Shown in pieces: positions 10,363 to 19,861 of a stretch of 64,000 nucleotides of DNA; position 1 is the stretch's first letter, and every line of letters starts with the position of its first letter. Made by a program: the position numbers and the translations under genes. The DNA lies in assembly GCA_038063875.1 (NCBI GenBank), contig JBBTUH010000002.1:12530-76529 (forward strand). Reading direction: 5' to 3'. Under the pieces are notes generated by a model, which saw only the letters and a program-made list of their open reading frames with translations, had not been told where the DNA came from and ran no database searches. This stretch comes from Patescibacteria group bacterium (GTDB lineage Bacteria > Patescibacteriota > Microgenomatia > UBA10105 > UBA927).

Positions 10363-10723
10363 GCTTTTAATTTACCATATCTTCCCACTACATACCATCT
10401 TTTCCCATTTTTCACGTTTTGTCAAGCCCTCATTTCACGAAAAGCCCAAGCTACGATTCAGAAACTTGCCGAAGCACAAGAGGAATTAGGGAGTCATGAT
10501 ACCGAAAATGTAGCACGAGTTTACGGTGCACAAGGAGTTATTGGGATCATTACACGTAGTCGAGGTGGAAGAAGGGGTATGGAACAAACTCTGGCACAAA
10601 ATAGGAAGTTATTAGAAACCGAGCCTTACGCAACGATAGTCAAGAAACAACGTGAAGTAATACAATTGAGAAACATGCTTCCTAAAGAGGTCACCCGCGC
10701 CCTCAAGTGGGAGTAGTTTACAA

Positions 10724-10763
10724 AGTAGTCAACTTTGGAGCGATCGCAGAAAAGTTGACTACT
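10724..10763 (+). terminator. perfect 13-bp-stem hairpin (agtagtcaacttt / aaagttgactact, 14-nt loop) followed by ttcctatcc; putative intrinsic terminator or regulatory hairpin
   Basis: Read directly from the sequence. Lies 8 bp after a TAG that closes a 45-codon plus-strand ORF (MEQTLAQNRK...). The loop contains GCGATCGC. Confidence 0.4.
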
Positions 10764-10822
10764 TTCCTATCCACTACCTTGACAGGAGGAGTTGTGAGAG
10801 AGAGAATAAGCATCATTGAATT

Positions 10823-11203
10823 ATGACTGCAGTACCGCCTAGTGTAATCATGCGAGAAAGAATGCTTGAAGCGCGTGAAGCTACATATCCTCAAATGCGC
10901 AAGCATTTAATGGCTATAGCCAAAGCTGAACGGTGTATGCATCGATTTTCGTTTGATGCTGTCGCCGGTATAAAGGAGTTAAGAACAAAAATTGCTTCTT
11001 TGAGGCAATCACTTGAAGATCCGAGCTACCCATACCCTCATGTCGCTGATTTTGAGCTCGAACAAAAAAAACTTAGATTATATGTTGCGCGTCAATATGA
11101 CCCATCAACCGTTATAATAGACAATGCGCTACGTGCCCGCGAACGAGTGGAGCGGAAAATGCCAGAGTCAGCGCGTCGGGCGCTAAACTGGATAAAATCT
11201 TAA
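10823..11203 (+). CDS. hypothetical protein (126 aa, charged, predicted helical, no TM)
   Basis: Longest ORF in the region. On the opposite strand to all neighbours. No recognisable family. Confidence 0.4.
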   Translation: MTAVPPSVIMRERMLEAREATYPQMRKHLMAIAKAERCMHRFSFDAVAGIKELRTKIASLRQSLEDPSYPYPHVADFELEQKKLRLYVARQYDPSTVIIDNALRARERVERKMPESARRALNWIKS

Positions 11204-11207
11204 GCAT

Positions 11208-11543
11208 ATGGCAGCACGAAAACTTCCTGAACAGGTTCTTGTATGGGAAAAACAACTTAATGAAACCGGGTTGGGACACCTTGATGTTCGACGCGCTTTG
11301 CGGCAAGTTTCTGCCACTGAAAAACGTTTAAAGAAATTTTCACCCAATGACGTACAGACCTTCGTTGATTTAACAGCTCAAATGATTCAGTCACGCGGCT
11401 CAGGATTTGAACAGAGAACAAGACGGTTAACGGAAAAGCTGTCACAGAATAAGTATTCATCTATTCGTATGGCTTTTCATGATGTGAATAGAGCTAAGCA
11501 ATCACTTCCGGATCAGGTTCGAACAATCCTCGGATGGGCGTGA
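11208..11543 (+). CDS. hypothetical protein (111 aa, basic, predicted helical)
   Basis: Starts 5 bp after the preceding ORF, suggesting an operon pair. No recognisable family. Confidence 0.4.
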   Translation: MAARKLPEQVLVWEKQLNETGLGHLDVRRALRQVSATEKRLKKFSPNDVQTFVDLTAQMIQSRGSGFEQRTRRLTEKLSQNKYSSIRMAFHDVNRAKQSLPDQVRTILGWA

Positions 11544-11544
11544 C

Positions 11545-12012
11545 TTACTCTAGCTCAAAATCCTTGGAGAACTGGCTCCTTTTGTTGGAGGTATCGGTAA
11601 ATTCGAGTGCTACAGACACTGCAGTCACGCCCGCATCTGGTTTACAGACGTTTCGTGAGCACGTCCCGAGGTAGACTTCGCGTTCAAATTTGTCTTGTCC
11701 AGCAACGTCTACCGGCTTACTACCGGAATTGACACCCTTGATGAGCCCTTGGCTATCATAGGTCAACTCATACCCCACCGTGGCGTATTTAGATGCCAAC
11801 GCACTCACAGAAAGCACGACTGCATTTGCCTTGGATTTACTTTCGGTGACGGTAACGACAAGAGATGCATCCGCCTCTGGAAGCAATTCCTGCACTTCTT
11901 CTACCACTGGCACTGGTTCACTGGATGGTGCTACCATTTTGTACACCACGACACCGGTAATAAGAAGCAGTACTGCAAGACCGATGTACATAAACGTCAT
12001 TTTATTTTTCAT
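11545..12012 (-). CDS. hypothetical membrane-anchored or secreted protein
   Basis: 155 aa. N-terminal signal or TM helix (FMYIGLAVLLLITGVVVY) then a Ser/Thr/Val-rich domain. 4-bp overlap with glyQS. Confidence 0.45.
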   Translation of the reverse strand: MKNKMTFMYIGLAVLLLITGVVVYKMVAPSSEPVPVVEEVQELLPEADASLVVTVTESKSKANAVVLSVSALASKYATVGYELTYDSQGLIKGVNSGSKPVDVAGQDKFEREVYLGTCSRNVCKPDAGVTAVSVALEFTDTSNKRSQFSKDFELE

Positions 12013-13382
12013 AATTTGTTTTGAAAATACGCTGACAGATCACTGACAGCAATTCTTTCCTGCGTCATGGTATCTCTGTCACGCACTGTGACTGTACCAT
12101 CTTCTAGCGTAGCATAATCAATCGTTACACACCACGGCGTCCCCGCCTCATCTTGGGAGAGATAGCGCTTGCCTATATTTCCTCTATCATCCCACGCTAT
12201 GGTAAGCGATGACTTGAGGCTATCAAACACACTTTTAGCCTTCTCAACGAGCTCTGGTTTGTTGGCCACCAATGGAAATACTGCGACTTTATATGGCGCT
12301 AACGCGGGCTTGAGGTGAAGCACGGTACGCTTCTCATTTTTCTCATATGCATCAGAGAGCACCATCAGAAACATACGATTAATTCCTACTGCCGGCTCTA
12401 TCACATGCGGCATTACTTTGGTACCTGTCTTAGGATCTATGTAGGAGAGATCCACACCTGAGTGCTTAGACTGCACCGTAAGGTCGTAGTCCGTACGATA
12501 CGCGACACCCCACAATTCTTTCCATCCAAATGGGTACTGGTACTCGAGATCGTAGGTATCTTTGCTGTAGTGACTGCGTTCTTTGTCTGTATGCTGTCTC
12601 CAACGCAGATTATCGGATTTGACTCCCAAGGCTTTCACCACGAAGTCGTGCATATCCGTCCTCCATGCCTCAAAAAGCGTTTTCCAATCTGAAACATTCG
12701 GATCGAAGAAATATTCTATCTCTCCTTGTTCAAACTCAAGCGTGCGAAACACAAATTGTCCTGTGGTGATTTCATTGCGAAATGATTTTCCAATTTGCCC
12801 TACACCAAATGGCAGTGATACACGAGTGGAATCAAGAATATTTTTAAAATTGGTAAATATCCCTTGAGCGGTCTCTCCGCGCATGTAGAGAAGGGACTTT
12901 TCACCCTCTATCACTCCGAGTTTGGTTTCAAACAACAAATTAAATTTCTTCGGGCTCAAAAGCGGATTCTTGTCAGGACTTAAAATCATATGCTCTCCAA
13001 TAAACGCATCCATATCATCAAGCGTCATATCCTCAACTACCACTTGGACGTCTGTATGATCTTTAAGCCATGCTTCTATAAGATGATCAGCGCGATATCG
13101 CTTTTTGGTAACACTATCCTCGACTAGCGGGTCATTAAATGCTGCGACGTGTCCTGAAGCCACCCACGTTTGAGGATGCAAAAGAATTTGCGTATCCACA
13201 CCCACCATATCCGTGCGATTGTTCACAAACGTCTTCCACCACAGCGATTTGATATTGCGAAGTAATTCGACTCCTAATGGTCCGTAATCATACGAACTCA
13301 TCAGTCCCCCATAGATATCACTCGTGGGATACACAAACCCTCGGCGTTTACACAGACTATTTATTTCATCCAATGTTGGCAT
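12009..13382 (-). CDS. glyQS: glycine--tRNA ligase (dimeric GlyQS type)
   Basis: 457 aa. N-terminal RRGFVYPTSDIYGGLMSSYDYGPLG motif is characteristic of alpha2-type GlyRS. Class II core plus C-terminal anticodon-binding domain. Confidence 0.9.
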   Translation of the reverse strand: MPTLDEINSLCKRRGFVYPTSDIYGGLMSSYDYGPLGVELLRNIKSLWWKTFVNNRTDMVGVDTQILLHPQTWVASGHVAAFNDPLVEDSVTKKRYRADHLIEAWLKDHTDVQVVVEDMTLDDMDAFIGEHMILSPDKNPLLSPKKFNLLFETKLGVIEGEKSLLYMRGETAQGIFTNFKNILDSTRVSLPFGVGQIGKSFRNEITTGQFVFRTLEFEQGEIEYFFDPNVSDWKTLFEAWRTDMHDFVVKALGVKSDNLRWRQHTDKERSHYSKDTYDLEYQYPFGWKELWGVAYRTDYDLTVQSKHSGVDLSYIDPKTGTKVMPHVIEPAVGINRMFLMVLSDAYEKNEKRTVLHLKPALAPYKVAVFPLVANKPELVEKAKSVFDSLKSSLTIAWDDRGNIGKRYLSQDEAGTPWCVTIDYATLEDGTVTVRDRDTMTQERIAVSDLSAYFQNKL

Positions 13383-13394
13383 ATGTATAGTATA

Positions 13395-13964
13395 TCATGC
13401 AGCAAGACGACGGATAAGTTTTGCCGACTTTAATTTGCGTTCTGTAATGTCTTCTATAAATGACTCAAGTTTTTTGCCTTCCAACACCTGTCCCTTTGGC
13501 AAAAATCCTAATGCCCACAGAAGTTGTTGGGCAAATTCTCGACTGATTGTATACAACGAATTGCCAGAGGCTTTCCCTATAGCCTCAAACGCATGCATTA
13601 AAAGCGCATACACGTCCCTATGCTCCTGCTTCTCACCCATCAGGGTATCTATAAGTTCGCAAAGAAGGTACGCGACGCTGACGCGATCTAATTCGTTACG
13701 GATATTTGGATATGACTCTATGGAGAGTGTCTCTGTGATACTATCCATCGTCTTTCCTGTATAAACAAGGCACGTGAGCTTGGTAAACACCTCCAAATGC
13801 GGCGCACGCTTACTGGTAATTCTTCGTATACCCTTGGCCATCAGTCGCATCTTGCCAAACTCTTTGGAGAATACGGTCACGATACGATCTGCCTCTGCGT
13901 AATTTTTACGAGACAGTACGATCGCTTCAATAGAATACAATTTGTGGGAGGAGCGATACATGTT
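13395..13964 (-). CDS. recO: DNA repair protein RecO (short form)
   Basis: LYSIEAIVLSRKNYAEADRIVTVFSKEFGKMRLMAKG OB-fold N-terminus typical of RecO. The ORF track extends it to 14087, but that would overlap the upstream gene by 125 bp. The internal Met (MYRSS) at 13964 abuts the upstream stop. Confidence 0.7.
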   Translation of the reverse strand, partial: NMYRSSHKLYSIEAIVLSRKNYAEADRIVTVFSKEFGKMRLMAKGIRRITSKRAPHLEVFTKLTCLVYTGKTMDSITETLSIESYPNIRNELDRVSVAYLLCELIDTLMGEKQEHRDVYALLMHAFEAIGKASGNSLYTISREFAQQLLWALGFLPKGQVLEGKKLESFIEDITERKLKSAKLIRRLAA

Positions 13965-15939
13965 ACAGAATAATTTCTGTATCAGCATCCAAGATAAATT
14001 TTCGCTTATCTTTGCCGTTTTGCTTGATGAGCCACTCTTGACCATCAGTTCCTGCCTGTTTTTGGATAAGCAGTCTGTACTTGCCATCAGGTGACTTTAC
14101 CGGTGATGTGTATGTGAGCTCTAGACGTGCAGTTCCCATAGGATTGACGATCAAGAATCCCTCAAAGTAGGTCTTTGAAAGATCAGAGAACGTATCCATG
14201 GTACTTGCTTTATTATCTTTCGGCGACTGCACACCTTTACTCTCAATGAGAGTACTTCCAGCTGGTGCGTATATCCGAACCCAATTACGAAGCGGTGCGT
14301 TAAGACAAAGTCCACCACTCTCCAAGCCGCAGTCACTGCCTTGGTATGGATTTTTATAATCGACAGACAATTTGGTAGTCACTGTACTATCAGCATTGAC
14401 CGTAATGTCTTTGGTTATTTTTTCCTTCACAAACATATTTGACTTAGCTCCAGCCATATTACTGTTGTTGACGTGTATATAGTCCCACCCATTTCCCTCT
14501 TGGTACTTGAGGGTGCTTGCGATATTCTCACCTGTCATAATGCGACCCGCCATGTTGAAGCTCTCTGCTGCAAGTTGTGTGGATTCATCATGGAAGTACG
14601 TCAACATATGCTTCTGATTTATTTCTGAGAGTAACATCTGGAAAAGCTTCCCCCAGTACTGTGACGGTGATACACCCAATGCTTTTTGCATCAGAAGCTG
14701 CATGAGAGTACCTATGACATCTTTTCTAGCTGTACGCACGTATCCTACAGGACGCGTAGAATAATCCTCTAACTCGTAGACAGCTCTCGGGCAATCACAG
14801 CGCTTATCGATATCTGCCGAAAATACCCGTCCACCGATAGTCTCAGGACCCAATATCTTTAACGCCTCGACCAACACATGCGTATCAAGTGCGATGATGC
14901 CATCAAATTTTTCTGCTCCTGCCGCTGAGTCGTACATCTTTTCAAATTGCTGCATAGAAATCTTGAAGTCAGGACTCAAATTACTGTCTCGTATATGGAG
15001 CTGATAGACCCCTTTATGAAAGGTGAGAATCTCTCGCGGTGCTTCAAATTTCTTTTTCAGAGCACTGTCGAGAGAATAAATGTCATCGGATAATTCAAGG
15101 ACGATCTTGCCTTTTTCAAATCGAAACTGCGCATACGCAGTGAGAAACCCACCCGTGGATCGTAATTCTTTATCATTCTGAAAAAGGATAAGATACCGCT
15201 TCATCTCTGGTTCACCGAGCATGCTTGGCAAATTCTTAAGAAGCGGCTGCGCGTTGACGAAAAGATTCGCTGCATTATCTATCACTTCCTTACCGGCAAT
15301 GAGCTTTTCTCGAATTACTGTTTTACCAATCTGCTTTGGATACCTATTGGGATCGATTTGATCGATTTCTTTACGCATCAGATCAACGGCTGTCGCCATC
15401 TCATTTATTTTTGGCGTGAGGGCACTCATGGTCTTGACGGCAACCTGTATACGTTGGTCAGCTGATCCTTGTACAAACTTACTGCCACCCGTAAACCCTA
15501 AAAGGTCTGCATTTGGCTCTAATGCCTCTATAGCTCGATCTGCCGCATCAAGCGCTGCAAGTCCCGCGTTGACGGCGTGTAACCCATCATTTATATATGC
15601 GCCTAAGAATGGAATATATGAGAGAGGCTTGACCTTCGCGTATTCTTTCGATAACTCTGTTACTTTTACGCGAGTCTTTGCTAATCCATCTTTCGTGGCA
15701 GCCAAATCCTGATTTTTGAGTGCGTCTGCAGTTTGGCGAGCGATAGGGAGTGCTTCATTAGCTTTTGTGATGACGCCGCGAAGTGGCAACAACATGATGC
15801 CAATGATTGCGATAAAAATAACGATGACTAGAAATGGAATACCTACATACTTCCACTGAAATGTGCGTTTTTTTGCCGCAGGAGGAGGGACTTGATCAGG
15901 GAGGGTGTCTACTGAAATTTTCTTAAGTTCTTCGGACAT
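13963..15939 (-). CDS. DUF4012-like membrane-anchored protein (cell-envelope polysaccharide associated)
   Basis: 658 aa. One N-terminal TM helix and a large extracytoplasmic domain with the ELRSTGGF motif recalled from the DUF4012 family. Sits next to the glycan locus. Confidence 0.45.
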   Translation of the reverse strand: MSEELKKISVDTLPDQVPPPAAKKRTFQWKYVGIPFLVIVIFIAIIGIMLLPLRGVITKANEALPIARQTADALKNQDLAATKDGLAKTRVKVTELSKEYAKVKPLSYIPFLGAYINDGLHAVNAGLAALDAADRAIEALEPNADLLGFTGGSKFVQGSADQRIQVAVKTMSALTPKINEMATAVDLMRKEIDQIDPNRYPKQIGKTVIREKLIAGKEVIDNAANLFVNAQPLLKNLPSMLGEPEMKRYLILFQNDKELRSTGGFLTAYAQFRFEKGKIVLELSDDIYSLDSALKKKFEAPREILTFHKGVYQLHIRDSNLSPDFKISMQQFEKMYDSAAGAEKFDGIIALDTHVLVEALKILGPETIGGRVFSADIDKRCDCPRAVYELEDYSTRPVGYVRTARKDVIGTLMQLLMQKALGVSPSQYWGKLFQMLLSEINQKHMLTYFHDESTQLAAESFNMAGRIMTGENIASTLKYQEGNGWDYIHVNNSNMAGAKSNMFVKEKITKDITVNADSTVTTKLSVDYKNPYQGSDCGLESGGLCLNAPLRNWVRIYAPAGSTLIESKGVQSPKDNKASTMDTFSDLSKTYFEGFLIVNPMGTARLELTYTSPVKSPDGKYRLLIQKQAGTDGQEWLIKQNGKDKRKFILDADTEIIL

Positions 15940-15985
15940 ACAATCTATTGTTTCGGAAATTGGGTATGTTTGTCAATACAAACCA

Positions 15986-16624
15986 TTACACTGCCCCCTT
16001 GCCGTAGATCATCGCCCACGGGCTTTTCAGTATTATGATGATATCAAGAAGCAGAGACCCTCGCTGTACATAATCAGCATCAAGCTTGATGCGTTTGTCA
16101 AAGTTTACCTCACTTCGTCCTGACACCTGCCAGTATCCAGTGATCCCAGGGCGCGCTGAAAGCACTACTTTTACCAACTCTCTGGTGTGTGGATACTTTC
16201 TTTGCTGCTCTATAAGCTCGTCAGGATAATAGGGTCTGGGGCCTACTAAACTCATATCACCTTTAAGGACATTTAAGAATTGTGGAATCTCATCGAGTGA
16301 ATGTTTGCGGATAAATTTGCCAACAGTGGTCACCCGAGGATCCTCAAGCAATTTGTAACTGTTTCGCTTGTACTCTTGATACAGCGCCTTTAGTGTCGGA
16401 TCTGTACGTAACTTCTCATGCGCATTGACGATCATTGATCGAAATTTTAGAAGTTTAAACGGTCTCCCATCTTTGCCGACGCGCTCAGGCGTGTCAGCAA
16501 ATATAGGTCCCGGTGAATCAAGTGTGATGGCAATTGCCACGAGAATACTTATAGGCAAGAAAAAAACAAAAAGGATCACACTGCCAACCAAATCTATACA
16601 CCGCTTAAAAATGGAATACCACAT
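15986..16624 (-). CDS. undecaprenyl-phosphate sugar phosphotransferase (small bacterial sugar transferase family, PglC/WbaP C-terminal type); initiating phosphoglycosyl transferase
   Basis: 212 aa. N-terminal re-entrant helix. KLLKFRSM and [21 protein letters not shown] motifs are diagnostic of PF02397. Confidence 0.85.
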   Translation of the reverse strand: MWYSIFKRCIDLVGSVILFVFFLPISILVAIAITLDSPGPIFADTPERVGKDGRPFKLLKFRSMIVNAHEKLRTDPTLKALYQEYKRNSYKLLEDPRVTTVGKFIRKHSLDEIPQFLNVLKGDMSLVGPRPYYPDELIEQQRKYPHTRELVKVVLSARPGITGYWQVSGRSEVNFDKRIKLDADYVQRGSLLLDIIIILKSPWAMIYGKGAV

Positions 16625-16630
16625 AAAGTT

Positions 16631-17713
16631 TTAGGTGAGGTGATCGTTGTCAGTCCCCTGCATAGACTCTACAAGTTTTTTGACTTTCGGTACTGATGTT
16701 TTTTTACAGATCAACAAAACGTCTTTGGTGTTGACAACCATTATGCCATCCAGATCAATGGTCGCTACAAGCTGATCGGTATAATTGTACACTAATGAAT
16801 CCTGAACATCTGTAAGCATAACATTGCCTTGCGTCACATTCTTATCATCACTGGTTTCCAACGACTCCTTGAGCGCTTCCCACGCACCGATATCACTCCA
16901 CTCTATGTTTTCCGTAACGACCAGTGAATCTTTTACGTTCATTTTCTCCAAAATTGCATTATCAAAACTTATTTTCTCTAGCGTCGGGTATACGTGGCTT
17001 AATACCGTTTCAAACTCTTTTGTCCCATACGTATTGGCGATTTTCTGTATGCCAGAAGCCAAATTTGGTGCAAACTTTTGATATTGTTTCCACAAAAATG
17101 CTGGCGTGGTCACGAAGTACCCCAAATTCCATGCATGATGCCCGCTGACAAAATATTTTTGTGCGGTCTCTACATCTGGTCGATATTGATAATCTTCAAG
17201 TGAATGAAACGATACGCCATTATGCTCTTCTATTTTCTTGCCATACGATATCCAACCCAAATTTTCGCTAGCAAATCTAGGCTTTTGTGATACAAACACT
17301 ATTTTTTGCGGATCTTTGGATATAACCTCTCCTGCCGTGATAAGAAGTTTACGAAACAATTCTTCCTTTTTGACCAAATGATCGCTCCAGAGAATCACCA
17401 TGGGCTCCAGAGGGCTTTCTTTCAAAAGAATTGCAGACATCAGCCCTACTGCTGGCCCCACATCCCTCACTTGCGGCTCTCCAATCACGTGGGTAGAGGC
17501 TACATGGGGAAGTTGTTTTTTCACAAGCTCTACATACTGCTTTCCCGTCGATATGTACACATCACTCCATAAAAAATCAGGTTGCAGCCGTGACGCAGCA
17601 AGCTGCAACGTAGATTGATCTCCAACTATTTTTTCAAATTGCTTGGGAGATTTCTTCCGTGATAATGGCCATAACCTCGTGCCCACGCCGCCCGCAAATA
17701 TTATCGCTTTCAT
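16631..17713 (-). CDS. manC: mannose-1-phosphate guanylyltransferase (no C-terminal cupin)
   Basis: GGVGTRLWPLSRKKSPKQF canonical ManC/GMP N-terminus. 360 aa. Confidence 0.8.
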   Translation of the reverse strand: MKAIIFAGGVGTRLWPLSRKKSPKQFEKIVGDQSTLQLAASRLQPDFLWSDVYISTGKQYVELVKKQLPHVASTHVIGEPQVRDVGPAVGLMSAILLKESPLEPMVILWSDHLVKKEELFRKLLITAGEVISKDPQKIVFVSQKPRFASENLGWISYGKKIEEHNGVSFHSLEDYQYRPDVETAQKYFVSGHHAWNLGYFVTTPAFLWKQYQKFAPNLASGIQKIANTYGTKEFETVLSHVYPTLEKISFDNAILEKMNVKDSLVVTENIEWSDIGAWEALKESLETSDDKNVTQGNVMLTDVQDSLVYNYTDQLVATIDLDGIMVVNTKDVLLICKKTSVPKVKKLVESMQGTDNDHLT

Positions 17714-17721
17714 AAAAATTC

Positions 17722-18801
17722 CTACCTTTCAGAAACTATACGCATCAGAGTATCGCTCATTTTTTGCTTAAAGTGCTCTTTTGAAAATTGTGCTGCCTGA
17801 TTTTTACAATCTATGGATAGGATACGTGCCATATCAAATTTTTTGATAGCCTGCTTTATAGATTCCACAGACTGCTCCTCAAATAGTATACCAGTCTTTA
17901 GGTCTATAACACTTTCTGACACGCCACTATGTTTATACGCGATAACTGCTTTCCCTCGCGCTTGTGCTTCTACTGCTGCTATACCAAAGTCTTCGTCAGC
18001 CGCATACAGAAACGCACGACAGTTGTCATAATACGAAACCAACTCTTTCTCTGTCAAATGATGTGTCACAAACGTTATGGTATTTCCTGCTATTTTTTGT
18101 AACATAGGCAACTCTCTCCCGCTCCCAACGACCACCAAGGGGACCTGTAACTGATTACACGCGCGGATAAGTAAATCAACGCGTTTATACGAAACAAGGC
18201 GCGAAACTGTCAAAAAATAATCACCAGAAACAAATTGCTTGGCAGGACTAATTTCTACTGGCGGATAGATTACAGCCATAGTTTTTCTATGATAATATTT
18301 TTCAATTCTCGCTTTCACGCGATTTGAGATTGCAATATATGCATCCGGCCTATGTGAGGCTATCAAATCCCAATGTTTTAAAATAGGTGCCCATTTTTTC
18401 AAAAAAAATCCTAATACGGGCATTCGTACATACTGCTCATACCCACTCCATAAATATCTCGTTGGGGTAAGACAATAACATATATGATATGTCTGCGGTT
18501 TCGTAATAATATTCTTAGCTTCCGCAGACGTTACAGAAATCACAAGATCGAACTGATCAAAAGTAAATTGCTCAAAGGCAAACGGTGTCAACATTGGTAA
18601 CACTTCATGAAATGAAGAGGCAAATGGAAGGTTGTTTAAAAACGAGGGTCGCACGCTAAATACCTCAGCCCATCCTGCTTTTTTAGCATTGTATACGGCA
18701 GTATAGAGAGGCGCATCCGGATACAGCTCATGAAGCGCCATAAGCACCCGTTCAGCTCCACCATACTTATTTACCCGATCATATACGAGTGCAACTCTCA
18801 T
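17722..18801 (-). CDS. glycosyltransferase family 4 (GT-B, retaining)
   Basis: 359 aa. C-terminal GT1 domain with an E..G...E-type motif (AVEAQARGKAVIA). Confidence 0.75.
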   Translation of the reverse strand: MRVALVYDRVNKYGGAERVLMALHELYPDAPLYTAVYNAKKAGWAEVFSVRPSFLNNLPFASSFHEVLPMLTPFAFEQFTFDQFDLVISVTSAEAKNIITKPQTYHICYCLTPTRYLWSGYEQYVRMPVLGFFLKKWAPILKHWDLIASHRPDAYIAISNRVKARIEKYYHRKTMAVIYPPVEISPAKQFVSGDYFLTVSRLVSYKRVDLLIRACNQLQVPLVVVGSGRELPMLQKIAGNTITFVTHHLTEKELVSYYDNCRAFLYAADEDFGIAAVEAQARGKAVIAYKHSGVSESVIDLKTGILFEEQSVESIKQAIKKFDMARILSIDCKNQAAQFSKEHFKQKMSDTLMRIVSER

Positions 18802-19861
18802 AAAGCTTTAACGTTTTCTTTGCCATATCATGCCAATCATATTTTTTCAAAAATGATGTCATCTTTTGAGGTGAAATTTGATGATCGCTTTTTTTCCACG
18901 CAAAAAGAAGAGTGGCAAGATGCTTACTGTCGCTTGATGGAAAATACGTAACCATATCCTGAAGTATTTCTTTATGCACAGGAATATTTGACGCGATAAC
19001 GGGACACCCGAAAGAAAGTGCTTCAAGGGGCGGCAGCCCGAAACCCTCCATCAGGGAAGGAAACAAAAGTGCCTGCGCGTATGTATACAAACAGACAAGC
19101 GTCGCATCATCCGCTGCTCCAAAGAAAACTACTCGTGACGACAATCCTCGCGTGATAATCTGTGCGTGCAAACGTTTGTAAAAAAAATCTTCCTTCCCGA
19201 CAAATACTATTTTCGCTTTTGATTTGAAATGAGAAAGAGCGTCAATAACGACAGCAAGATTTTTGTGAGGGTACGCATTTCCTACGTACAAAAAATACGG
19301 AAAAGAAAACAGTGGGCCTGTTTTTTTATTTTCTAAATTCACCCCTTCATATGTCACGGTTATTTTGTCGCCTGCAATTCCATAGTGTTCTTGAATTTCA
19401 TTCTTGGTGGCGTTTGATGGAACGATGATATGTCGTACTTTCTTAATACCTATGGATACAATTACACCATATAAAAATCTTTTCACCTTGTACATCAACC
19501 ATGGACCTGTAGAAGCTTTTCCGGTATCAAAGTGTTTTATTGTGAGATCATGAATCGTCACAATCATCGCTCCGTTATAAAAAATTGGTATATTAAAGTA
19601 TGGAATATGTACAACATCCAAACGCTCTATAGCAAACAAAAACGGCATCACACACTGCTCGAAAACAGTGTGCCATCGGACATTAGCGCGCACCTTTTTC
19701 CATCGAGCGTTGGGAACAATAAAATTGTTAAATCCTGTCCGATATAAAAAAACAACGTATTCATTCTGGTCATCAAGTACTATGAGTTGCCGTATAAGAT
19801 TACGGATATACCGTCCGACACCAGTCTCATCTATAAGGCGCGCGTCTATGCCTATTTTCAT
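18779..19861 (-). CDS. glycosyltransferase family 4
   Basis: 360 aa. GT4 C-terminal domain (MEGFGLPPLEALSFGCPVIASN). Confidence 0.75.
   Translation of the reverse strand: MKIGIDARLIDETGVGRYIRNLIRQLIVLDDQNEYVVFLYRTGFNNFIVPNARWKKVRANVRWHTVFEQCVMPFLFAIERLDVVHIPYFNIPIFYNGAMIVTIHDLTIKHFDTGKASTGPWLMYKVKRFLYGVIVSIGIKKVRHIIVPSNATKNEIQEHYGIAGDKITVTYEGVNLENKKTGPLFSFPYFLYVGNAYPHKNLAVVIDALSHFKSKAKIVFVGKEDFFYKRLHAQIITRGLSSRVVFFGAADDATLVCLYTYAQALLFPSLMEGFGLPPLEALSFGCPVIASNIPVHKEILQDMVTYFPSSDSKHLATLLFAWKKSDHQISPQKMTSFLKKYDWHDMAKKTLKLYESCTRI

Noticed and set aside
10340-10716. A ~125-codon open frame ending ...RALKWE that looks protein-like throughout
   Set aside because: It has no ATG, GTG or TTG upstream of the Met at the 45-codon position, and the 5' part overlaps the mraZ start region. 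It is reported only as a 45-aa possibility or gene remnant within the finding, not as a confident CDS.
10741-10748. GCGATCGC (cyanobacterial HIP1-like octamer) in the hairpin loop
   Set aside because: Only a single occurrence was noticed, in a low-GC genome with no over-representation, so it was judged coincidental.
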